From Escherichia coli (GTDB taxonomy: Bacteria; Pseudomonadota; Gammaproteobacteria; Enterobacterales; Enterobacteriaceae): a DNA stretch of 10,108 nt. Position numbers and translations under genes: made by a program. Below are positions 1-6,044 of this stretch, piece after piece (the first letter of the stretch is position 1; every line of letters begins with the position of its first letter). Under the pieces are notes generated by a model. That model did no database searches. It saw nothing but the letters and a program-made list of their open reading frames with translations, and was not told where the DNA came from. Location of the stretch: assembly GCF_003334335.1 (NCBI RefSeq), contig NZ_QOWQ01000065.1; one strand, written 5' to 3'.

Positions 1-1015
1 TCTGTACCCAGGTGGTGAACGGACTGTACGCCGTCCAGATATGGAATGTGATGGAGCGCGGCGGCGGAATTTCATTATCCGCGGCGCTGAAAAATGTCAG
101 ACCGTCACGAGTCCACATGCCCGTGTTTTCACAGATCCACCGCCCGTTACTCTGGTCAAGCTCAGACTGATGGATCACACAGCCATGATGCTCACAAAGG
201 TAGAAAACACTTTCTGGCTTATTCTTCTCCCACTTAAGACCGAAAGGCGAGGCATCATCGCCAAATTTCAGATACTGCTCCTCCCCACAGTGCGGACAGG
301 GCACATAAAAACGCATGAAATGTGCCGACTCGTTAGCGGCTTTTTCGATCTGGCAGGAGCCTTTGATTTTAGGCGTCGAGCCGCGAATGGATTTTGGCCA
401 TACCGAGCCCTCAATACGTTTATCCCCCAGCAGGGTTGGCGAACCCTCTTTTTCAACATCCGGTTCGAACGAGGAAAGCTCGTCATAACAAACCACATCC
501 ACGGATTTTTCACGGTAGTTTTTTGCTGCCGCTCCCCCCAGACACCAGAAACCCACACCGGAGGAAAAACGCTTCAGGGTGAGCGTATTATCGCGGTGTT
601 TTCTTCCGAACCATGGAGCCAGCTCCAGCAATGCAGGAACATCCCTTATCGTTGGCTCAACATGAGATTTCATAAAATCTTCAGCAGCTGAGTCCGTGGG
701 CTGAAAAAGAAGGCTGTTGCGTGATTTATGCTCAATAAAATAAGCCTCCACTCCCAGCAACATCTTTGTATAACCAACACGGGCAGATTTAATCAGGTTA
801 ACAGTGCGAATCAAATCGTTGCCCATACAGTTCATGATGCCAACCTGAAACGGCAGTGTTTCCCACCGCCCCGGGGTATAAGACGACTCTTTAGGAAGGT
901 AATAATGTTTATTGGCCCACTGAACTGTCGTCAGTGGAACAGGAATAATGAGAGATAAAAGCCCTGTAGCTATCGCACCGGCTGCATTAGCTGCCTTCTG
1001 TGCGTCTGAAATCAT
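1..1015 (-). CDS. A: Terminase large subunit (lambda gpA-like), partial: N-terminal ~338 codons, C-terminus beyond left edge
   Basis: Minus-strand frame is open from the ATG at 1015 to the window edge, so it has no in-window stop and is missing from the ORF track. My translation reads [13 protein letters not shown]...[27 protein letters not shown]...[14 protein letters not shown]...[16 protein letters not shown] recognise this as closely matching the N-terminal ATPase region of phage lambda gpA (recalled motifs ...VEWADANYYLPKES..., ...KSARVGYSKMLLGV..., ...[14 protein letters not shown]). The start overlaps the nu1 3' end by 29 nt, as in lambda. Confidence 0.9.
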   Translation of the reverse strand, partial: MISDAQKAANAAGAIATGLLSLIIPVPLTTVQWANKHYYLPKESSYTPGRWETLPFQVGIMNCMGNDLIRTVNLIKSARVGYTKMLLGVEAYFIEHKSRNSLLFQPTDSAAEDFMKSHVEPTIRDVPALLELAPWFGRKHRDNTLTLKRFSSGVGFWCLGGAAAKNYREKSVDVVCYDELSSFEPDVEKEGSPTLLGDKRIEGSVWPKSIRGSTPKIKGSCQIEKAANESAHFMRFYVPCPHCGEEQYLKFGDDASPFGLKWEKNKPESVFYLCEHHGCVIHQSELDQSNGRWICENTGMWTRDGLTFFSAADNEIPPPRSITFHIWTAYSPFTTWVQ

Positions 1016-1535
1016 CGATCCACCCGCCCACGTTTTCACCGGCCTTAGCTGCAACATTGGAGGCTTTCGCGATTTCAGTTTTCACCACATCAAGGTGTGA
1101 TGGTGAAATGTCCGGATATTTACGCTGTAATGTCAACGGCACACGCACAAGTATCCCCGAAATCTCCTGTGCCACACGTTGCAGAATGAAGGTAAACAGT
1201 TCAGTTTCCAGCACCACTCCGTCTTCACGGGCATTTTTCAGTTCCTGCGCATCTGCCTGCGCTTTTGTGAGCCGGTAGCGTTCATAGTCAATGGTGCCGG
1301 GTTGTAAATCTGACTCCGCTGCCGCACGCAAATCGGCCAGTTCTTTGCGGAGCTTTTCGTTTTCGATATCAGTTTCCCTCTGCGCATACCACTGAATTGC
1401 CATGGCAGTATCAAATACAGATTCAATGCCCTTACTGCCTTTGGAGACGCAAGGGAGCCCCTGAGACTGCCAGCGTTCAATCGTCCGCGGGTCCACGTTA
1501 AAAATTTCGGCAAGCCTCTTTTTATTAACCTTCAT
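987..1535 (-). CDS. nu1: Terminase small subunit (lambda Nu1-like)
   Basis: Track ORF 987..1559 (-). Protein shows an N-terminal winged-HTH-like segment ([24 protein letters not shown]), a P-loop-like GSKG, and ...[29 protein letters not shown]..., all recalled from lambda Nu1 (MEVNKKQLADIF...). Start chosen at the conserved MKVNKK (ATG at 1535); the track's upstream start at 1559 is possible but less likely. Confidence 0.9.
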   Translation of the reverse strand: MKVNKKRLAEIFNVDPRTIERWQSQGLPCVSKGSKGIESVFDTAMAIQWYAQRETDIENEKLRKELADLRAAAESDLQPGTIDYERYRLTKAQADAQELKNAREDGVVLETELFTFILQRVAQEISGILVRVPLTLQRKYPDISPSHLDVVKTEIAKASNVAAKAGENVGGWIDDFRRTEGS

Positions 1536-1559
1536 AGAACAACCCATTATCAAATACAA

Positions 1560-1705
1560 GGCCCGACATGAAAACGCCAGAAAAAGGCATTTTCGGACAC
1601 TTTCATGTCGGACATTTATGAATGCAATATTAAAAAAAACAAAAAGTTATATTCGAGAAGTACCGACACGATTTTCCCTGAAAAATTTTCATAAATAGTG
1701 AAAAA
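1560..1705 (-). promoter_or_regulatory. cosB-like region (putative Nu1-binding R sites) between cosN and nu1
   Basis: Contains repeated and inverted copies of a GTCCGACATGAAAG / TTTCATGTCGG / GTGTCCGAAAA / GTGTCGGTAC motif family between cosN and the nu1 start. Position and repeat character match lambda cosB. Individual site boundaries are not resolved. Confidence 0.5.
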
Positions 1706-1710
1706 CCGCG

Positions 1711-1722
1711 AGGTCGCCGCCC
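1711..1722 (-). other. cosN cohesive-end site (12-nt GGGCGGCGACCT on the minus strand)
   Basis: Plus strand 1711..1722 is AGGTCGCCGCCC, the reverse complement of GGGCGGCGACCT, the lambda 12-nt cohesive end as I recall it. The minus strand continues ...CTCGCGGTTTTTCACTATTTATGAAAATTTTTC, nearly identical to the first ~45 nt of the lambda left end. It sits ~175 nt upstream of the nu1 start, the expected cos-Nu1 spacing. Confidence 0.8.
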
Positions 1723-1945
1723 CGTAACGGTCTGGATCACCGGAAAGGACCCGCCAACGACTTTCGCGTGCAGGCATTAAAAATTTTGCAGTTCCATGCC
1801 TAGTTGAAACCTCGATTTCTATAACATCCAATTTTGTAAATTTAGATATAGCTCAACTTTTCCCAATGTTTTCAAGTGTATAAAAACAATTGGCGTTACG
1901 CCATAACACTATACTTAGGATAAGTAAAGATTTTAAGGAGTTTTA

Positions 1946-3013
1946 ATGAGTCAACATCAATATTATCCACAGCTGAAATGGAAGCCTGCTGAATATGAAT
2001 CTCTGATGCTTTTAGATCAAACTACGCTCTCTGGTTTTACTCCGATCATTACCATTCCAGACATAGACTGGGATTATGAAAACGAATGCTACAAGAAGAG
2101 TTTGAGTTCTTACTTATCTGACTTCGGTATTAACCTTGCGGCATCCTGGAAAGCCAATCGTCCTGTTTTGCTGGATGTTAAATATTTAGATAAACATGGT
2201 TCGAGCCGCCATCATCCTCTAGATATGTGTATCCAAGATGCTAGAGTAAATGGTAAGGAAATTATCCCTGTTGTTTCTCCCGCATATTCAACAAACTATA
2301 TACATGCTGTTCAACGCAACTTAATCAATGGGCTCGCTATATCTATCCCCCCCCAGACATGGCACCAATTCACAAGTCTGGTTAACCACTTAAATATTCA
2401 TCCTAGTTTAATTGATGTAATCATTGATTTTGGAGATATTCAAAACGCAACTGATAGTTTAAAACAACAAGCATTAAGCATGGTCAACACATTATCAGGC
2501 CAAGCTCCGTGGAGAAACTTGATTTTATCTTCAACCGCATACCCAGCATCACAGGCAGGGATACCGCAACATCAAGTTCATCATATTCCGCGCCATGAAT
2601 ACGATCTTTGGATGTACGTAGTACAGAATTTTAGCAATGGAAGAACGCCAAGTTTTAGTGATTATCCCACCGCTAGCTCTACCATTACGAGCGTAGACCC
2701 ACGCTTCATGTCTCAGTATGTCTCAGTGAGATATTCGAACGATACCTCATGGATCTTTGTAAAAGGTACCGCAGTTAAAGGAAATGGATGGGGCCAAACT
2801 AAAAACTTATGTACTACCCTTGTTAGTTCGCCAGAGTATCAAGTCTTTGGTTCCAAATTTAGTTGGGGGGATGATTACATTTACCAAAGATCATTAGGCG
2901 CTAACAAATCTGGCGGCTCTAAAGAATGGCGTAAAGTTGCACATACGCACCATATTACGTTAGTCGTGAGACAGCTTTATTGGTTGGCGCAGACTCAGCC
3001 TGCCAAGCCTTAA
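1946..3013 (+). CDS. Hypothetical protein, 355 aa, cargo-island gene 1 (function unknown)
   Basis: Longest plus-strand ORF in the window. Strong SD (TAAGGAG at 1934..1940) about 5 nt before the ATG at 1946. Possible -10 TATACT at 1910..1915. Markedly A+T-rich codon usage compared with flanking phage genes. No motif I can assign to a known family. Confidence 0.75.
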   Translation: MSQHQYYPQLKWKPAEYESLMLLDQTTLSGFTPIITIPDIDWDYENECYKKSLSSYLSDFGINLAASWKANRPVLLDVKYLDKHGSSRHHPLDMCIQDARVNGKEIIPVVSPAYSTNYIHAVQRNLINGLAISIPPQTWHQFTSLVNHLNIHPSLIDVIIDFGDIQNATDSLKQQALSMVNTLSGQAPWRNLILSSTAYPASQAGIPQHQVHHIPRHEYDLWMYVVQNFSNGRTPSFSDYPTASSTITSVDPRFMSQYVSVRYSNDTSWIFVKGTAVKGNGWGQTKNLCTTLVSSPEYQVFGSKFSWGDDYIYQRSLGANKSGGSKEWRKVAHTHHITLVVRQLYWLAQTQPAKP

Positions 3014-3575
3014 CTTTCCAGCCTACGCGTTTCTTTAAGGCTGTTCTGACTTCAAGCCTGAGATTCGCTATTGGAATATTTTCCGCAATAATATTCCATA
3101 ACTCAAATCGGGGCTTGCTTTTGATTCCTTTGGAATAGCCCCATCGTTCAAGTACGTCGATACATTCATCTTTCCAAAGCAATTGAGCGAGCATCAATGT
3201 GTCATGGTTTCGATTAAGCTTTTCTCCACGCATGTGCTTTATAAGAATGGCGCCTTTTGGCCCAACAGAAACCGTTTTAACGCCCCACCAACCTGGGATT
3301 AACTTTAATGCTCCCTCAAGATGTTTCTCAGCTACGACAAGAGTAACCTTGTCCATTACAGAAGAATAATGCTTGATTTGAAGAGGCAAACGCTCCAAAG
3401 AGTCATATTCACTTTTGAGCTCGTACCCGTGTATAACACCATTTATTACAGCAATGTCTGCTCTACTGGCGCCAAGGGATATGGAAAATTCATCGACCAC
3501 AAGGCAGTCTGGATCTAAATGCGATTCTTTCAAAAGCTTATGATGCACCGCGAACCTAACATCTTGATCTTTCAT
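2955..3575 (-). CDS. Hypothetical protein, 206 aa, with PD-(D/E)xK-like nuclease motif; cargo-island gene 2
   Basis: Minus ORF with strong SD (AAGGAG, 5-nt spacer) before the ATG at 3575. N-terminal region VVDEFSISLGASRADIAVINGVIHGYELKSEYD has the E ... hD ... hExK spacing typical of the restriction-endonuclease-like (PD-(D/E)xK) fold. A+T-rich. Convergent with, and overlapping by 59 nt, the 355-aa gene. Confidence 0.75.
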   Translation of the reverse strand: MKDQDVRFAVHHKLLKESHLDPDCLVVDEFSISLGASRADIAVINGVIHGYELKSEYDSLERLPLQIKHYSSVMDKVTLVVAEKHLEGALKLIPGWWGVKTVSVGPKGAILIKHMRGEKLNRNHDTLMLAQLLWKDECIDVLERWGYSKGIKSKPRFELWNIIAENIPIANLRLEVRTALKKRVGWKVKAWQAESAPTNKAVSRLT

Positions 3576-3925
3576 GACTTCTCCTTACTCCCTCCGTTAT
3601 TGAATTATAGCGCACTGCATTTTACTGCATTTGAGAGATTTGACCACTTCAATCACAAAATGCTTATCTGCAGCAACAAGATTCATAGCCATACGACTAT
3701 GGTGATTACCTTTTGTCTGGAAAACTGACCATTCCACGAAGATCAGATAGGTCTATAGAATCTTGGTTTGTCATAGCGTTCGCCTTACTTTGAGATGAAC
3801 CTTTGCTGCATAGGAGATCAGCCCGTCAAGGCTCACCAGCACTAACTGACTACTCAAAGGCTCATTCCAAAGGGTTTGGTTCGACGTGGTTGAGTGCACT
3901 GCGGTGCGCGGTGAAATACCTGTAC

Positions 3926-3954
3926 AAAAATGCCCCGCATCTGCGAGGCATTTT
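3926..3954 (-). terminator. Intrinsic terminator-like hairpin downstream of Rz/Rz1
   Basis: AAAAATGCC-CCGCATCTGCGA-GGCATTTT: perfect 8-bp stem with the A-run on the plus side, so the minus-strand RNA has the stem followed by a U-run. Lies 38 nt past the Rz stop at 3992. Confidence 0.5.
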
Positions 3955-3991
3955 CCTGAAAGTCACGTATTAAATTTCAGTGAAATTAAAA

Positions 3992-4429
3992 TTATTTTAA
4001 GCACTGCGTCCTGATGTACTCCTGCAGGTAGTTGACCTGCGCGGTTATCTTGTCGATTCCACTTCGGAGACGGTAATAATTGAGTTCAGCATCTGCTGTA
4101 AGTCTTGGGCTTTCTCCATTGCCCATGCCGCTGGCTCCGGTCGTTGACTTTGCACAGGTAGCGGCGACTTGCAGGCGCTTACGCCCAGCAGAAACATCAG
4201 CACGGAGGCTTTCGATAGTCGCGTTAGCATCAGCAAGCTCCTTTGTATATCTGGCATCGAGTTCTGCTACGTCACGTTGACGCTTCTGCATATCAGCGAT
4301 TGTGGATGTGGCTTTATCGCGCTGCTCTTTGTAGGTTATGGCGTTATCACGGTAATGATTCAGCCCCAGACTAAGCGCACCACAGGCCACCAGCAGGGCA
4401 ATGATGACCACGCACAGTACGCGGTTCAT
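3992..4429 (-). CDS. Rz: Rz, i-spanin (inner-membrane spanin subunit)
   Basis: 145-aa ORF with N-terminal TM segment (VLCVVIIALLVACGALSL) followed by NHYRDNAITYKEQRDK..., periplasmic coiled-coil-like region and C-terminal ...NYLQEYIRTQC. Matches lambda Rz as I recall it (…VNHYRDNAITYKAQRDK…). Confidence 0.9.
   Translation of the reverse strand: MNRVLCVVIIALLVACGALSLGLNHYRDNAITYKEQRDKATSTIADMQKRQRDVAELDARYTKELADANATIESLRADVSAGRKRLQVAATCAKSTTGASGMGNGESPRLTADAELNYYRLRSGIDKITAQVNYLQEYIRTQCLK
4045..4230 (-). CDS. Rz1: Rz1, o-spanin lipoprotein, embedded in +1 frame of Rz
   Basis: ORF wholly inside Rz in another frame. From the ATG at 4230 (preceded by AGGAG with 7-nt spacer): MLTRLSKASVLMFLLGVSAC-KSPLPVQSQRPEPAAW..., i.e. 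signal peptide, lipobox-like VSAC, then a Pro-rich mature part. The track's upstream ATG at 4257 is an alternative start. Confidence 0.8.
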   Translation of the reverse strand: MLTRLSKASVLMFLLGVSACKSPLPVQSQRPEPAAWAMEKAQDLQQMLNSIITVSEVESTR

Positions 4430-4430
4430 T

Positions 4431-4529
4431 TCACCACCAGCGTATCTGACCGATGAAATAACCGGAGGCCATAATCACAAACACCAGCCAGATAAGAATG
4501 AACTTCCAGGTGGATAATTTTTCAGCCAT
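4431..4529 (-). CDS. Putative small hydrophobic peptide (32 aa) between endolysin and Rz
   Basis: Internal ATG of track ORF 4431..4700, preceded by GGGAG with 9-nt spacer. Product MAEKLSTWKFILIWLVFVIMASGYFIGQIRWW is a single predicted TM helix. The stop is 1 nt before the Rz ATG. The longer 89-codon reading would run through the hairpin at 4605..4637, so the short form is preferred. Coding status unproven. Confidence 0.3.
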   Translation of the reverse strand: MAEKLSTWKFILIWLVFVIMASGYFIGQIRWW

Positions 4530-4604
4530 CACTCGAATCTCCCGAATCAGTTTGCTAAAATCAAACACACTTTCTCCTTTGACTTTTCCGGAGTCAGGAA
4601 ACAC

Positions 4605-4637
4605 AAAACCCCGCTTGCAGCCAACAAACGGGGTTTT
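4605..4637. terminator. Hairpin with flanking A/T runs (bidirectional terminator-like) between endolysin and small ORF
   Basis: AAAACCCCG-(15-nt loop)-CGGGGTTTT, followed by TTTTTACTTTTATTC on the plus strand; the reverse complement is also followed by TTTTGTGTTT. Lies ~90 nt downstream of the endolysin stop on the minus strand. Confidence 0.4.
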
Positions 4638-4727
4638 TACTTTTATTCTCTTAGTTTTTGTCAGTTCGCAGGATTTCGTGTTATCCGTCCGTGTGAGCAA
4701 ACCGCATTTTTCAGCAAAATATTCTGC

Positions 4728-5261
4728 TTATCTGTCAATTCCCCAGCACGCCAGCGCACTCTCCTGGTCGCGACGGGATACCTGACCGTAACAGTTGTTT
4801 GAGCGAATACGGCAGTCTCTGCCACCGTCCTTAATCCACCAGCGAATCGCCTCACACGCTCCCCTGCGATCACCTGCATTAATTCGTTTATAAAACGTCG
4901 ACGGAAAACACTTACCGGGGCCAATGTTGTACGGACAGAATGACGCGATCCCCGCTTTCTGGGGTTCACTCAATGGCACTCTGATGTTTTTCTCCACCCA
5001 TGCCAGCGCCTTATCACGCTCAATGGCGTTAACCCGGTCGCATTTTTCCTTCGACAACTTCATGCCCGGAACGACAGGTTTGCCATCCACCAGGATGGCA
5101 CCGCGGCAGATGGTCCAGATACCCGCGCCATCACGGTATGCCGTGGTGTGGTTACCTTCCTTTTCATCCAGAAACTGGTCGAGAATGTCAGGCGCAGGCG
5201 CACCAGCGGCAATCAGCGCCAGAACGGCAGCCGACAGGCCGTATCTGATTTTTGCGTTCAT
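4728..5261 (-). CDS. R: Phage endolysin, T4-lysozyme-like (GH24), probable SAR-type
   Basis: 177-aa ORF. Catalytic E-x8-D-x5-T motif (EGNHTTAYRDGAGIWT). N-terminal Gly/Ala-rich weakly hydrophobic segment (YGLSAAVLALIAAGAPAP) typical of signal-anchor-release endolysins. Resembles phage 21 R / E. coli Qin-prophage lysozyme as I recall them. Confidence 0.9.
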   Translation of the reverse strand: MNAKIRYGLSAAVLALIAAGAPAPDILDQFLDEKEGNHTTAYRDGAGIWTICRGAILVDGKPVVPGMKLSKEKCDRVNAIERDKALAWVEKNIRVPLSEPQKAGIASFCPYNIGPGKCFPSTFYKRINAGDRRGACEAIRWWIKDGGRDCRIRSNNCYGQVSRRDQESALACWGIDR

Positions 5262-5324
5262 GGATATTTATCAGGATTTATCGGTTTCTGCCCACGGACA
5301 GGTTTATCTGTTCCGGTCAGTGAC

Positions 5325-5675
5325 TTAAGGTTGTGATTCCGGAGGAGTCTTCAGAGAACCAGTAATTCTTCCCGGTAGCTTTCCTTTGTAGGTTATCCAT
5401 ACATTCTGCGCCTCTAAAATTACGGGGCGCTTTTCCGGCGACTGCTCATCCCCTTCACATAACCCGGCAGCAACATCCAGGAAGACCTGTCTGATGCTCC
5501 TTCTGGCTGCTGCCTCATAAAACTCCAGCGCGGCACCTTCAACACGGTCCAGCGAGATGTCCAGGTCAAAAATTTCACCGTCAAAGCGTTTTTTGTCCCG
5601 TAACGCTAAAGTTACCGTAACTTTATTCTCAAAATTGCGGATCCCTTTCACAATCAGTTTATAGTTTTGAGTCAT
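5325..5675 (-). CDS. Hypothetical protein, 116 aa, likely DUF1327 (YdfR-like), between holin and endolysin
   Basis: Soluble, acidic ORF (MTQNYKLIVKGIRNFENKVTVTLALRDKKRFDGEIFDLDISLDRVEGAALEFYEAAARRS...). Starts 4 nt after the holin stop, with GGGGAGAG upstream. Same position as ydfR in the K-12 Qin lysis cassette (essQ-ydfR-rrrQ). Family assignment is from memory, not a search. Confidence 0.65.
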   Translation of the reverse strand: MTQNYKLIVKGIRNFENKVTVTLALRDKKRFDGEIFDLDISLDRVEGAALEFYEAAARRSIRQVFLDVAAGLCEGDEQSPEKRPVILEAQNVWITYKGKLPGRITGSLKTPPESQP

Positions 5676-5679
5676 TGAA

Positions 5680-5895
5680 TTACTCTCCCCGTGCAGCCTT
5701 ACGACGGTCCTCTCTGATTTTGAAATACAGGTTAGTCAGATATGTCAGCAGCCCAAACAGCAGACTCCCCAGCACGCCTATTGCCGCCCACTGAGACGGG
5801 GAAACCCTGTCCAGCAACTGCAGGAACCAGTAGCCCGTTCCCACCGCTGACGTGGTGTATGACACACCTGTTGTGATTTTTTCCATCTGGTACAT
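5680..5895 (-). CDS. S: Class II holin, phage-21 S-like pinholin with dual start
   Basis: From the ATG at 5895: [71 protein letters not shown] (71 aa). Near-identical in pattern to phage 21 S (MKSMDKISTG...[24 protein letters not shown]...[21 protein letters not shown]). Two in-frame Met codons 3 codons apart give the antiholin/holin dual-start arrangement. GGAG lies 7 nt upstream. The track's longer 106-codon ORF to 6000 is probably read-through of upstream sequence. Confidence 0.85.
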   Translation of the reverse strand: MYQMEKITTGVSYTTSAVGTGYWFLQLLDRVSPSQWAAIGVLGSLLFGLLTYLTNLYFKIREDRRKAARGE

Positions 5896-6044
5896 ACCCC
5901 GTCTCCCGTTATCCGGAAGCTGACAACAATAAAAAAGCCACCAGTTAAGTACTGATGGCTCTGATAACTCATGCAGGCGTCTCAGACGACCCACTGACAC
6001 TACCGGTGAGTTTAACGATACCTTCCATTTGACTGGCTCACTTT

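Noticed and set aside
41-691. Plus-strand ORF of 216 aa (with nested ORFs 268..558 and 394..582)
   Set aside because: Lies antisense to the minus-strand frame that encodes a recognisable lambda gpA-like terminase; its translation has no recognisable features, so it is a shadow ORF.
728-958. Plus-strand ORF of 76 aa
   Set aside because: Also antisense to the terminase large-subunit frame; no RBS, no recognisable protein.
1000-1513. ORFs 1000..1278 (+) and 1238..1513 (-) overlapping nu1
   Set aside because: Alternative-frame and antisense ORFs inside the well-supported nu1 gene; Arg/Ser-rich low-complexity translations.
1616-1831. Minus-strand ORF of 71 aa across the cos region
   Set aside because: Spans cosN and cosB, which are cis-acting DNA sites; no RBS; the translation is not protein-like.
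1877-1915. Sigma-70 promoter for the 355-aa gene
   Set aside because: A good -10 (TATACT, 1910..1915) exists, but I could not find a -35 hexamer at 16-18 nt spacing, so I mention it only as a possibility in the CDS evidence.
3321-3728. Plus-strand ORFs 3321..3518 and 3519..3728
   Set aside because: The first is antisense to the 206-aa gene; the second covers its promoter/RBS region with no SD of its own. Both are likely products of A+T-rich sequence with few stops in some frames.
4080-4456. Plus-strand ORFs antisense to Rz/Rz1
   Set aside because: Shadow ORFs opposite a well-supported spanin gene pair.
4530-4700. N-terminal extension of the small ORF (89-codon version 4431..4700)
   Set aside because: The extension reads through the terminator-like hairpin at 4605..4637 and has no RBS at 4700; the short 32-codon form with GGGAG is more plausible.
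4661-5336. ORFs 4661..4969 (-), 4924..5328 (+), 5148..5336 (+) overlapping the endolysin
   Set aside because: Alternative-frame or antisense to the endolysin gene, which has a clear catalytic motif.
5778-6000. ORF 5778..5972 (-) and the 35-codon upstream extension of the holin ORF
   Set aside because: An alternative frame inside the holin and a read-through extension; the conserved S21-like protein starts at MYQMEK (5895) with its own SD.
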